A stretch of DNA of 64,000 nt from Octopus vulgaris. Taxonomy: Eukaryota. Within the stretch, counting starts at the first letter, position 1. Every line of letters begins with the position of its first letter. The notes beneath the pieces are model-generated. The model searched no databases. It saw only the letters and a program-made list of their open reading frames with translations, and was not told where the DNA came from. A program made the position numbers and the translations under genes. Shown piece by piece: positions 41,333 through 54,259 of this stretch. The stretch covers positions 44,144,001 through 44,208,000 of the forward strand of contig OX597816.1 of assembly GCA_951406725.2 (NCBI GenBank), read 5' to 3'.

Positions 41333-42051
41333 TGTCGTCTCCAAATGCAGTCTTCTAGCGCCTACAGAGTACCTCAACAAGCATCATAGAGCTGCACATA
41401 TATTCACTGGGTAATCTGCAAAAACCTGGATTTGCCCCATGAAAAAAACCGGTGGGAACACAATCCACCTCCAGTGCTTGAAAATGACCACATCTCACTC
41501 CTCTGGAACTTCACCATTCAAACTGACAGAAAGATAGATGCAAATAGGCCAGATATCATATTGAAAGACTTCAGACAAAGAACATTCCTCCTCATTGATA
41601 TGACTGTCCCAATCGATATAAACGTATCTGTCAAGACCTACCAAAAACTGAGCAAATATAAAGATCTTGAAATAGAAATCAGCAAAATGTGGAACCTGAA
41701 GACTAAAACAATACCTGTTGTCATAGGTACCCTGGGAATGATAGCGAAAGGGGCTGATTGCTACCTAACTCAGATACCAGGAAACCCCAAAATGGCAGAA
41801 ATTCAAAAGATAGTGCTCATGGGAACTGCTCATATCCTACGCAAAATACTCTCTATGTAATCCCAAGGGTTAAAACAAACTTTTTTTTAAAATTTATGTA
41901 TTAGACATTCACTAGTACAACACCAAAAAAAAAAACCCAAATATATGGCACGCTAGGCATAACAACAACGTGAACCTCCAACCTGTTGTCTCTTGAGGTC
42001 TCTGGGTGAGACTTGGAGCCAACTTGTACAGACATAAAGCAAAAGTCAAAC
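41331..42051 (+). mobile_element. R4/Dong-like LINE 3' fragment 3 (best preserved; RLE ORF 41432-41860)
   Basis: LLWNFTIQTDRKIDANRPDIIL...LIDMTVP...KLSKYKDLEIEI..MW...IPVVIG.LG, a PD-(D/E)xK restriction-like endonuclease. The 3' UTR is followed by an (AAT)n tail. Confidence 0.94.
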
Positions 42052-42123
<72 letters not shown>

Positions 42124-42124
<1 letters not shown>

Positions 42125-42657
42125 GTGGCTCTCATGGCTTCTGATCTTAACTGATTGGAAGTGTTATCATGTACATTGTTTTGTCTTGGTATAAAAGATG
42201 GGCTACAGCAAATATTCTGCTCAATACCACAGATTTGCTTGTCAGTTGTTTGACCTTAACCAGTTGAGCATGTCCCTTAGTGGCTGACGATATGTGCATC
42301 TCTGATCACGAGCAGAAGTAGTGGGGGAGCATCATAGCCATGTGTTGAGAGGGATTCTTTGGGGTTTGAATAATTCACCTCTGGAAACATGGGTGGTTCT
42401 TTCAACATCCTTAAACAACCCTTATTCAGGGACCTCTTGAGCGGGATGGGCTACTCAACCTGAAGAAAATTCTAACTGGGCCCCACCTGCAAGGTCATGT
42501 GCTGTTTATCTTGATATGAGATCACCATGTCGCGCACATATGGTTGTGATGCATGTACCTGGTGTACCTTTATCAGACGGGTAGTCATGATGGGTATATT
42601 GGGCTTCGTATATTTTACCCCAGTGTCACTTTGATGGCATGAACTGCTCTCTCACTC
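42124..42657 (+). mobile_element. ~530-bp non-coding interspersed element between (AAT)n tracts
   Basis: A second copy lies in reverse at 56179-56626, also within (AAT/TTA)n. Confidence 0.8.
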
Positions 42658-42949
42658 AATAATAATAATGATAATAATAATAATAATAATAATAACAATA
42701 ATAATAATAATAACTGTAACTTTGGGAGGGGAAGTATTTTGCCCGGCGTGTTAACGATTCTGCCAACTCGCCGCCTGTAATAATAGCAATCATTTCCTAC
42801 TAAAGGTGCAAGGCCTGAAATTTGGTGGAAAGGTAACTTGCCGATTTCCTCGACCCCAGTGTTTCACTGGTACTTATTTATTGTCACCGAAAAGGATGAG
42901 AGGCGAAATAGACCTCGGTGTAATTTGAACTATAAACGTAACTTTCGAT

Positions 42950-43335
42950 AGACTAACTTGCTAAGAGACTGGCTTAGCCAGTCTCTGAAAGCTGGATGAG
43001 CCGAAAAGGAAGCGTTCAACTTGCAGTGTCCGGATCCCTGCTTATGAAGCCTATCTAGATAAACCATACAGATCACAGATTGATGAATTCATATTGTGGA
43101 CACCCTATGTTGTTCCTATTAGATGGCCTACAAAATACCGTATCTAGATAAGATCTGGATGACCTGACACTGTTTGGCAATGTCCAAAATGGAGTCTTCG
43201 GGAAATCCAGTTTCAGCCTGTCCGCCAGCTGGAAACGACTGAGCAGGTTTGTGAGATTTGCACACCCTACTTTCCTATACGCCAGTCCCACCCAATCCAC
43301 ACGTACATCCAAAACAGTATTCCAAACGCCCACTA
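42950..43335 (-). mobile_element. Tx1/L1-clade ORF2 APE endonuclease fragment
   Basis: WN.VLD...D, FQL.DR..LD.P..P.WT, SYLD.VF, then GSG..KLNAS (GxGxWKLNxS). Confidence 0.75.
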
Positions 43336-43360
43336 AAACTAAAGAACAATATGTCCTTAG

Positions 43361-43729
43361 AAATTCCTCCGAGTTCGACTTTGCTTCTCATCCTTTCAGA
43401 GTGGATAAATTAAGTACCAAGAAAATGCTGAGGTCGATTTATTGAACTAATCGCTCCCCACCTCCAAAATTTCAGGCCTTTAGTAGATAAGATTATTAAA
43501 ATAATAATAATGAATATTATTATTTTCCGATTGATTTCCATTTTACTTCACCTTCTGACCGGGTCACCACCAGAGTCACGAGGCACGTATATATTAGATG
43601 GACAAAATCTTCCAGAGAATGTGCACGGTTGATGTCAACACATTTTTATGAGTTTCATAGATTGTTGGTTTCCCAGGAATCTGATCAACAAAGTTGTCAG
43701 TACCTTTGTTGATCATTGACTGGGCACCT
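43361..43729 (-). repeat. Inverted duplicate of 40524-40892
   Basis: Reverse-complement alignment over ~370 bp, crossing a LINE-tail/SINE junction. Roughly 90% or more identical by eye. Confidence 0.92.
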
Positions 43730-43734
43730 CAGGG

Positions 43735-44450
43735 AAAATGAAAATATACCGCACAACTGCAACGGAACTCTGCAGACTGCGTGGGAAGAGGGTCGACATC
43801 TTGTCTCACATTGTTAGTACTTGTGAATGTCTTGTGCAAAAAGAGTACAAGCGTATACACGACAAGATAATCCAAAACCTCCACTGGCTACTATGCAGTA
43901 AGTATGGATATGAGGTTACGGGTACTTGGTACCACCATACACCGGAAATGGTAATGGACGGAAGGTGGAAGGCAAAAGTACTCGGGGACTTTGACCTCTA
44001 GATGGACAAGGTAGTAGAACACCGAAAGCTGGATAGAATAACCTTTAGGAGAGACAAACAAGAGCGTCTAATAATTGACGTGAAAGTGCGAGGAGATCAA
44101 CATATCATCATGAAACAAAAAGAAAAGTTTGTTGAATATGGAGATTTGAGAATCGAGATGTCTAAAATGTGACAGCTAAGTGAGTCGAACACATAGGTTA
44201 TCCTTATTGTCATCAGAGCATTGAGTTCAATACCACCCAATTTGAAAAAAAAAAAACATCTGAAACTTTAGATTTACCCTACAATCTAGGCTTTTTTGGA
44301 AAAGTCGGCATTACTTGGAACTGCATGCATATTGCGTAAAGTACTGTCGATATGATGCCCCTGCTGTGACTTGACAAACAGTGCAAACCCCCGGTAGACA
44401 CAATATCTTCAAACAATAACCTCACGATATTGTATACTGTGTGACGTCTA
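43735..44450 (+). mobile_element. R4/Dong-like LINE 3' fragment 4
   Basis: CRL......SHIVSTCECLVQKEYKRIHD, LHWLLC, LLGTACILRKVL, then an (AAT)n tail. Confidence 0.88.
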
Positions 44451-44475
44451 TAATAATAATAACAACAACAACAAC

Positions 44476-44507
<32 letters not shown>

Positions 44508-44602
44508 TGATAATAATGATAATAAAAACAGCAACAGCCACAACAACAATAATAATAATAACAATAATAATAATAATAATTATGATGATGATGATGATGT
44601 TG

Positions 44603-44657
<55 letters not shown>

Positions 44658-44740
44658 CAGCAACAACAACAACAACAATAATAATAATGATGATGATGAT
44701 GATGATGCTGATGATGATTATGTTGATGATGATAATAATG

Positions 44741-44795
<55 letters not shown>

Positions 44796-44824
44796 CAGCA
44801 ACAACAACAACAACAATAATAATA

Positions 44825-44866
<42 letters not shown>

Positions 44867-44896
44867 CTGAAGATGATGATGATTATGTTGATGATG

Positions 44897-44938
<42 letters not shown>

Positions 44939-44939
44939 G

Positions 44940-45600
44940 ACATGACAGTGTCAGCCAGTATTTACACTGGACAATATGTCGGTATTGTAAAATCAAAACC
45001 GCTGACAAATAGTATAAACACCATCCTGAAGCTGTGGCTGAGGGAGAAAATGTGTCGATTTTATGGACACTTCTCCGTACATACCGACAAAGCTATAAAA
45101 GCTAATAAACTGGATATTATTATAAAAGATCAGATAAAAACGGTGTGTTTATTAATTGACATGAGTATCCCTAGCGGTCACAATATAGCGGCGAAAGAAT
45201 TTGACAAGATCAGTAAATGTAAAGACTTGCTGATAGAAATTGAAAAAAAATGTGGCATCTCAACGCGACTACAGTACCAGTGATTGTAGGAGCTCTAGGA
45301 ATGATACAAAAATAGAAAAGGTACTCAAACCTATTTGAAAATGATTCTAGGCTTACGACCCCTACAGGAAGTGCAAAAAATCATTTTAATTGGAAAGACT
45401 CATGTACTGAGAGGAGCATTATCGCTGTGAAAACAACATCCATTCATGAATTTATTTATTTATTAATTTTTTTAATTCATATTTTACCTGTGGATTTGCG
45501 TGTGGAATCTGGAAATGCACACGATGACCTTCTCTGCCCTAGGTGTACTGAAATCACTCGGCGAGAAATGGAAGAAAATTTGAAGAAGAAGGAAATAAAC
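44940..45600 (+). mobile_element. R4/Dong-like LINE 3' fragment 5
   Basis: HTDKAIKANKLDIII...LLIDMSIP...KEFDKISK.KDL.IEI, PVIVGALGMI. Confidence 0.88.
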
Positions 45601-45617
45601 AAAACAACAACAACAAC

Positions 45618-45682
<65 letters not shown>

Positions 45683-46002
45683 TAATAATAATAACAACAA
45701 CAACAACAGCATTAACCATAATAATTATAGAAATAATAATGATAATAATAATCGATTTCAAATTTTGCCACAAGGTGAACCAGTTGGGTACTTAATTTAT
45801 TGACCCCGGAAGGACGAAAGGCAAATTCGAACTCATCGGAATTTGATCTTAGAACGTAGCGACAGTCAAAATAATTGCTAAGCATTTTGTCCAGCGCGCT
45901 AACGATTCTGCCAGCTCGCCATCTTAATGATAACAACAACTAAAACAAAAATAACCACAACAACTACAACAATAACAACAACAACAACAACAATAATAAT
46001 AA

Positions 46003-46214
46003 CCCTCTCTACTATAGGCACAAGGCCTGGAATTTGGGGAGGGTGACTAATCGATTACATCGACCCCAGTGCGTGACTGGTACTTATTTAATCGACCCCG
46101 AAAGGATGAAATGCAAAGTCGACCTCGGCGGAATTTGAACTCAGAACACAGCGGCAGACGAAATACGGCTACGCATTTCGCCCGGCGTGCTAACGTTTCT
46201 GCCGGCTCACCGCC
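46003..46214 (-). mobile_element. SINE family B, well preserved (other minus copies at ~42720-42940, ~45755-45922, ~59095-59285)
   Basis: Reverse complement of GGCGGTGAGCCGGCAGAAACGTTAGC...GAGTTCAAATTCCGCCGAGGTCGACTTTGC.TTTCATCCTTTCGGGGTCG. Confidence 0.92.
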
Positions 46215-46274
<60 letters not shown>

Positions 46275-46289
46275 GTAATAATAGTAGTA

Positions 46290-46341
<52 letters not shown>

Positions 46342-47138
46342 TAATAATAATAATAATTGGCTAGAAAATATGATGGCGGTGATGACCGTGATGATCGTGA
46401 TACTGGTTATGATGGTGCTGGTGACGATTGCGACGTTGGTGATGATGATGCTGATGAGGATAATCGTTTGATACGATTCGTCATTACTGTATCAGTGTTT
46501 GTTGTTATCCTCCCTTTGCATGTTGTTTATGAATAAATTGCGATCACACAAGTACGACAGTCGGTAATGTCTATAGAACTCGGAACCATTGAATTTGGAC
46601 AGAAAACATTTATGACTGCACATATTCTGTGTCTTAAATCTCTATTGCCATAATATCACCATGGAAACTGGCAGAAATACAACTCTTTGAAGCTCCAGTG
46701 TTTTGTTTGTTTGTTTCGTTGTTTTGGGGTTTTTTATATTGTATTTTTTTTTTCTTCTTCTTCCTGCTTGTGAATTGCTATTCTGAATGTTTTTGTTATT
46801 TTTCTTTTTTTTTATATTTTCTGTTAGCCGTTGCTGCTGATGCTGCTGATGCTGCTGATGCTGCTGATGCTGCTGATGCTGCTGTTGTCACTATGTATTT
46901 GTATAACTGATATTGCTGCTGTCATTTTTTTTCTTCTTTTGGTTATTGCTAAAGCTGTTGCTGCGGCTGTTGCTGTCACGGCTACTACTGCTACTGCTGC
47001 TACTACTACTGCTAATGTTGTTGTTGCTGTTATTTTCGCAATATTTGTTTATGCCGTTCCAAAATTTTATTATTGGTAAAGTGATGTATGTTGTTGTTGC
47101 TGTTGTTGCTGCTGATGATGATGGCTTTCTTGTTATCG

Positions 47139-47173
<35 letters not shown>

Positions 47174-48079
47174 ATAGTTGTGGCTGCATTTGTTTTCTTT
47201 GCATACTTTAGGGTGACGGTGGTAAAGGATGGAGGGGAGCAGTAAATTTGGTGAGAAGAATGAAATATTCACTCGTGGTTTCCATAATGTAGTTTTAATA
47301 TCTCGGGAGATAGTGTACAATCTCTGTTTTGTAAGTAATTGGAATAATCTAACGTTTCTCTGAAAGGAAAAATATTGCAACTAAAAACACAAAACACAAA
47401 TGATACAGCATGGAAATATGTTTATGAAAAGAGAAAGCTTAGATAATATAAATTGGGAAGCGTTTTATTTATTTATTTATTTATTTATTTTAATGTTTTC
47501 GTTTAGTTTTCGTAGTAGTTATACACTCCGCATTACTTGCTCCAGCTACGCGTTAGATTAGAGTAGCGCTACCAACGTGTTAGTTATGACATTGATAGAG
47601 ATTTATGGCCATAGGTAACATTAAGTTCTACATTGTTTCAGTTCTTATATTTGCATAAAGTTTACAACTGTCTGAGTGAAGAAGCCGTTTATATATTTTT
47701 GTTTTTCAAATTGCAACTGTATGGTTTGTGTGAAGTAAATTGACTTTAACCATAAATCAAAACCAAGTCCGATTTTTCCCATTTCGGAGGACAGTACGCT
47801 ATTTAATTATGTCTGAATGAAGATTCGAGAAAAGAAATATTAAATTAGTTCTTTGAGATTCTGCAATTTAAGAGTCACATAAATTCACAGAAAAAATTCA
47901 TTATTGCCGTATGATTGCGATGTTTACTGCTGAAGCAAGTACCTGATTACACATTGGACATAATTTGCATGTAAGCACGTACAAGTGATTTTTTTCTCTC
48001 CTTTCGTTTGACTAATGCTTCTGGGTGGAATTTTACACACGGAAACTATACATAAGTACGTTGCATATCTCTTTAATCA

Positions 48080-48460
48080 TTTCTTTCTTTCAGTCATTGG
48101 ACTACAGGTATGCTGGGGTGGGCTAAGGCGGACGTCGAGGCGGGCGTCAAAAGGCGGCGAAAGTGAGCTAAAGCGGGCAAACGCGGGCATCAACGGGCGA
48201 GAGAATGCAGCGTCTGAAAGGCGGGTGGTGTAGCGGCGGAAATTGGAGGACGCGCCAGCCGTGTAGAGTCGATCTTGCACCGGCAAACGGGGAGCTAACC
48301 GCTTCCGAAAATTCTATCTGAAAGCGTCGACCCTGCTTCTTATTTTAAAAGCCTAGTTCTTGGTCTATCGTTCTATTTTGCTAAATCGCTTAAATAACGG
48401 GGACGTAAACACACCAAAACCGGTTGTCAAGCGGTAGTGGGTGGCAAACGCAGCCACAGG
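48080..48460 (-). mobile_element. SINE family A 3' part interrupted by a GC-rich insert
   Basis: TTTCAGTCATTGGACT...ATGCTGG, then an unrelated ~210 bp, then TCGACCC...AACGGGGACGTAAACACACC...CGGTTGTCAAGCG. Confidence 0.72.
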
Positions 48461-48468
48461 GACATATG

Positions 48469-49298
48469 CGTGGTGCGATGAATAAATTGTTACCATTTTA
48501 TATTGTTAATTTCGCGTATGTGTATTGTTTGTCTTTGTTATACATAATGTAGTAAGGTCAGTTGGGCACCGTCTGTGAGAAAAAACTGTACCGTAGCGCA
48601 ATTGACTCTACCAGACAATTGGAAACAACACGCTGTACTGTCTGGCATTCGCGCCGGAAGCTCCAATGCGAACATGTACCAATATGAACATACATCGACA
48701 GCGATAAAAGTCAAACATCCAGTCAACATCATGGAATTTGGGGCGATTGCTAGTGATGGCGACGTTATGCTTCCATTCATCTTCACACACAGGCTCAGAC
48801 TCCAAAACGGATTCCTACATCAGTTGCCAGGAGGGGTTAGTGCTATCTTGGGTCAAGAGGGTGGCTGCTGGAAGACCCTGTGTCTGGCAACAGGACTCTG
48901 CACCACGCAATAGAAGCAGAAGGACCCAGTCATGGCTGTCAGATAATTTCTGCTACTACATCACCCTTAACATCTAACCACTTAAATCCCCAGACTGAAA
49001 CCCACTTGATTATTATGTGTGGGGCGCAGTTGAGCAAGAGACTAACGATGAACTCAAAACAGGGATTATGGTAGCATTGACCAACTTAAACAAGGAGACC
49101 GTCCAGATGAGTTGCATTAGATTCCGAAGCCGGCTGGAGGCCGTGATTGAAGCCAATGGCAATTTTATTGAATAAGGTTACTCTTTAGTATTTCGAGACA
49201 TATTTATGTAATTTTGGTAAATATATCTGTTAAAATGAAGTGTCAGTGTTACTTTCATTCTTGCAAAAATTAGACGACAGTTTATTCGCCGCACCCTG
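48469..49298 (+). mobile_element. maT/DD37D-like Tc1-mariner element, internally deleted
   Basis: Imperfect TIRs GGTGCGATGAATAAATTGT / ACAGTTTATTCGCCGCACCCTG. Motifs KHPVNIM.FG.I.SDG...PFIF, WQQDSAP, PLDYYVWGAVE. Confidence 0.82.
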
Positions 49299-49331
49299 TC
49301 CATATACGGTATATCTATATCTATCTATCTA

Positions 49332-49411
<80 letters not shown>

Positions 49412-49413
49412 TA

Positions 49414-49465
<52 letters not shown>

Positions 49466-49509
49466 CATACATATATATATATATATATATACACATACAT
49501 ACATACATG

Positions 49510-49534
<25 letters not shown>

Positions 49535-49543
<9 letters not shown>

Positions 49544-49596
49544 TTACTGTTCTTATACGATATATATATATCGTATAAGAACAGTAATAAATATAT
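49535..49596. repeat. Perfect 62-bp palindrome centred on (AT)6
   Basis: TTATTACTGTTCTTATACG-(AT)6-CGTATAAGAACAGTAATAA plus ATATAT flanks. Confidence 0.95.
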
Positions 49597-50135
49597 GTTG
49601 AACACTTTGTTCTGCTTACAGATTGAAGTTGTAAGGTGCGTGGTAGCTGAACTCTTCTTTGTCTAAATGTTTAAGCTTTTCCAGATGGTAATTTAAACAT
49701 GCAATAACGAAACCAAGCAACCCATAATTACTGGTATTAATGTGAATTTATATCTATGGTAGAGACGCTACAGGTTTCGAAGCGTTTCGCCATGACTATT
49801 GTTTTTACTGACGTTCATAGGTACAAGACTATTAGTCTCTACTGTTATACATGGTACATGTAGTATGCATGCATTCATATATACCTGGATGGATGGATGG
49901 ATGGATGGATGGATGGATGTTAGTGTGTGTAAAGTAGTGAATTGTAGAAATGTGAAAGGTCATTATTCGTCCTGGCTCTACACTATGAGTTCAAATTCAA
50001 ACAAGGTCAACTGTACCGAGACTTCTTTTGGGGTCAATCATTAAAGTACATATACAATACTGGGAACAAGCTTTCTCTTCTATTTCCTGCTTCTTTGTGG
50101 CCATCTCTAGCTCTCTGTCTCTCTCTCTCTCTCTG

Positions 50136-50177
<42 letters not shown>

Positions 50178-50571
50178 TCACAAACCATGGAAAATACTCC
50201 TTTCCTTGGGGTCTATGAATCTTAATATATAAAAAATTACACTGAGGAGATTCTTGCCCACAAACAATGGATTTTTATAATTTTATCATGGGTAAGAATC
50301 GAATCAATTGCATGCAATTTATATATAATATTAATTATTAATCATATTATGTTATGTTATAATAAGAATATAATATAGTATTATGCCAATAAATTAAAAA
50401 TTTTAATTTTTGAATTAGCAATTGTTATATATATATATCTCCATTTGCTATTCATTTTTATAAATTTAATATATACCCATGTGGCTTGCAAGGCTTCCTC
50501 TGCAAAATTGGGTTTTTAACAGTGGAGCCAGTGAAAGATTGGATGTTTTCATCCCTATATTCTATTTCTTG

Positions 50572-50622
<51 letters not shown>

Positions 50623-51696
50623 CGCAATGACAATATTGATACGGAGATATTTATATGTGTATTTACATAGAGTAAATCCGAGTGTAGCATATTGTAAGTG
50701 GACTCAAACCGTTTGAACTATAATAACGTATGAAAATAATATATATTGGTTTGTTCTGTTTCACTAATGAGACTCGTCGTTGGAAAATAAAGCCGATAGT
50801 ATCTGCTGGCCCTTTTTGCTAAATCCATATCTCTTTGATCGTTTTCATCATCATTTTTACTACCAGTTTTGTATTCGTTGTAATGTTTTTTCTATTTTCC
50901 TCGTTATATTTTATGGCTATCATCTGTGTTTCATATATATATACACAGAAAAAAATTCTCACAAATACGCCCAAGCCCACACATACATTCTCATACACAC
51001 ACATACATATATGTATGTGTGTGTGTGTGTTTGTGTATGTATGTGCGTGTGTGGTGTGGGCATAGGGATACTAATAATATGATGTTCTAAATCAATAAGC
51101 ATGTGCTTCAGAATAAAGAGTTAGTCGAGTAGAGAGCATAATATGAAATTATATAAATGTCAAATGAAGAGGAAATTGTGCTATGAACTTCATTAGCTTA
51201 CGGCTTTTTCTGCTATGAGATGCAGTACATTCAAAGTTCAGTGCTTGATCATCAAGTTACAGCTTCAGGGGCGCTTTAAAAATACATGTTTAGAAGTGTC
51301 CTTAAAGAAATATCGTCAGATGGGGTGCATGTGGCCAAAAGAAAGAATTTCAAGAGCGTGGAGATAATTTTCAAAAGCGAAGCCCTTACACTCAAGCATT
51401 CCATTGTTTCCATACCTAACATGGAATTGGTCCTTTACCCACAATTTTAAGGAGATTGAAGCGGCGTATTAAAATAGAACAAAGTTCCCCCAGGGATGGA
51501 TATTTGGTAGAAATTTGCCAGTGTTGTCTTTGGGGTCGGCAACATTGTCCTTGACGTAAAACGAAATGAGCGGGAGATTTGTCGTGGGACTAAACCGGAG
51601 ATCTTCTAACTGATGGAAACGGAAAGAATGATATCCATCGCTCGACCGAGAAGAGTGGCGTGTTTAAATTAAAGGGACAAGGACAAGATGCCACCA

Positions 51697-52115
51697 TAAG
51701 GCTGCGAGCTGGCAGAATCGTTAGCACGCCGGGCGAAATGCTTAGCGGTATTTCGTCTGCCGCTACGTTCTGAGTTCAAATTCCGCCGAGGTCGACTTTA
51801 CCTTTCATCCTTTTCGGCGTCGATAAATTAAGTACCAGTTACGCACTGGGGTCGATATAATCGACTTAATCCGTTTGTCTGTCCTTGTTTGTCCTCTCTG
51901 TGTTTAGCCCCTTGTGGGTAGTAAAGAAATAGGTATTTCATCTGTCTTTATGTTCTGAGTTCAAATTCCGCCGAAGTTAACTTTGCCTTTCATCCTTTTC
52001 GGCGTCGATAAATTAAGTACCAGTTACGCACTGGGGTCGATGTAATCGACTTAATCCCTTTGTTTGTCCTTGTTTGTCCTCTCTATGTTTATCCCCCTGT
52101 GGGCAATAAAGATAT
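51697..52115 (+). mobile_element. SINE family B dimer with 12-bp TSD
   Basis: AAGATGCCACCA at 51685-51696 and 52116-52127. Two tandem units joined at GTAGTAAAGAAATA|GGTATTTC. Confidence 0.94.
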
Positions 52116-53384
52116 AAGATGCCACCAGTGTGAATCTGAAAACATCTTAAGACTTCTTTTGTCGGGAAGATAATCAGGAGAGGAGGTTTCTATACATGCC
52201 GACACCAATACCCCAACATTGCCGCTTACTTCATTAACTACAACAGTGAAGAGAGCAAGGCAAAGACCAGTAGCACCAGCCCCATCAACAGTAGCCATAG
52301 CAACAGCAATAACACAACGACAGGTAGCAATAGCAGCAGCAAGACAAACAATTGCAGTTACGACAACAACGACGATAGCAGCAGTGGCAGAAGTTCAGGA
52401 AAGGCAGCGTGACTCTAGCAACATCTAGAACTCCTAGCCCCCAGGAAATATTTAAAACCTAATTCCTTCTCCTTTCACTTTCTTCTCTCAAATTTATATC
52501 TTTTAGACACGAACACAGACACACATGAAAACAAACCACCTCCTATACGCGAATCCGTTTTTGCTAACACGGAATCCTTAATTTGTGAGGAGGAGGGAAA
52601 AACAAGAAAATCAAAGAAAGAAAAAAGGACAATAAAAGATTTCAAATAAACTACACTTTCGTGAAAGATACTATCAGAATCGTTACAATATTACCGAAAT
52701 CTCACCCACAGAAAACAGACAAATCCACTACTCCGTCACCAACAACAACACCCGCCTGCACTAAAAGAAAATACACAGGAAGAGCACCAACTGAGACACA
52801 GAAGTCCAACAACATCAAAAGATACCTACCCCAAACTTTATACTGATAGCGCTCTCCAAATCAAAAACGGATGTCCTTTATCGTAATACAAATGTAGAAA
52901 CAGAAAGAGAGGTCTTCAGAACCATGATTTTCAAGCTGCTACGAAATTTGAAATAAAAAAGGTTTTACTTTTGGACCTACAAAAAACGAATGAGGGATAA
53001 TTTCCTCAGTGACGTGAGAAGCCCCAGTGCAAATACCAGGATTATGTTCCTAAATGACTTCCCAAAGGAACCATAAAATTTCGTGGAGGCCAAAATAATC
53101 GGCCTCCAGAACGACCCGCTTCTTTTTCTCCACCATCTTGTCTTCTCTCGCGGTAGCTCTAACACTGGTGTCTATAAATGCATCTGGTTATGGTTACTGT
53201 GGACGCAGAGTCACCTTCTCAATGTCCAGGTTTAGAGGTGATTGCCCTTGCCAAGACAAGGATTTCTGACACCTGCCTCTTAGCGCCCACTTTTAATAAG
53301 TTTTGAATCTGCGTATCTTTTTCTCGGCCTGGAATAGAATGCAGGTTGCCGCACAGTTTTAGAAAGACTGAACTTCGAGATTTT

Positions 53385-54061
53385 TGACAGCTCCAGCTGA
53401 TTTCCTTGAATGTTTCATAATCTGGGATGAGTGATGGATTCCTCACTTTGAACCAGAGACAGTACATTCAGTGTCTCTTTCAGTTCAATCAGTGGAAACA
53501 CTCTTCCTCGCCTGTTTCAAAGGGAGTCAAGGTCATTTCAGCTATAAGGAAGGTGGCAGCCTGTTTATCGGGTGCAAAAGGCATTGTGTATATTGAGTAT
53601 CTTCTAAATGCTGCATCATAAAAGGAGAGTACTACGCCAAATTGTTGAGGCAGTTACAAAAGACTAAACACATCAAATGCCCAAGAAAACTGAAGGAAGT
53701 GGTATTATTTCATCAAGACAGTGCCCCAGTACATATGTCCTTGAGTTCAATGACTGCTGTGCCTGACTGTGACTTTGAATTGGTCGATCACCTTCCTTAT
53801 GTTCTTCTGATTTGGCCTTATCTGACTATCAGCTGCTCCACTTAGATGTGAAGAAGTATCGCAATGATGGAGTCATATCTGCTTTTGAGATTTTTACCAA
53901 AAGTATGAAAGGTTCTTCACCAATAGGATCGAAGCATTGTTAATCGAGGCATTGCAACGGTAACAGAATTGTGAAGATTGCAAGGATGACTATGTTGGAA
54001 AATAAACCTCTTTTGTCACATCCTGTATCTTAGTCAATCTGAACTTTACAGCCGGCCTTCG
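53385..54061 (+). mobile_element. Mariner 3' portion related to the 19134-20351 element
   Basis: DE.WI.HFEPE, FHQDSAPVH, LVDHLPY, and an end TAGTCAATCTGAACTTTACAGCCGGCCTTCG resembling that element's TIR. Confidence 0.8.
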
Positions 54062-54259
54062 TGTTTAATCAGGAGTTATTGTGGGCAATCTTCGATTGAT
54101 GTAGTGTTAACCCTGGAAAGATCTATTAGATACGAGTAGATCAGGTTTCTCAAAGAAATAGTGAGAGTAAAGTTTAGAATAGAAAGAGATTTATTTTGTA
54201 ATATATAAGTCACGCTTAGAAAAAGCACAGTGACTGACGTCACTTAGCCAATTTTTCAA

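Noticed and set aside
51181-51260. HDV-like ribozyme on the minus strand
   Set aside because: A P2-like pairing (TGAACTTTG/TGAAGTTCA) exists but L3 and P1.1 do not fit; more likely a decayed PLE hammerhead.
52130-53350. Second decayed ORF1-like element
   Set aside because: Composition is suggestive, but no diagnostic motif could be read.
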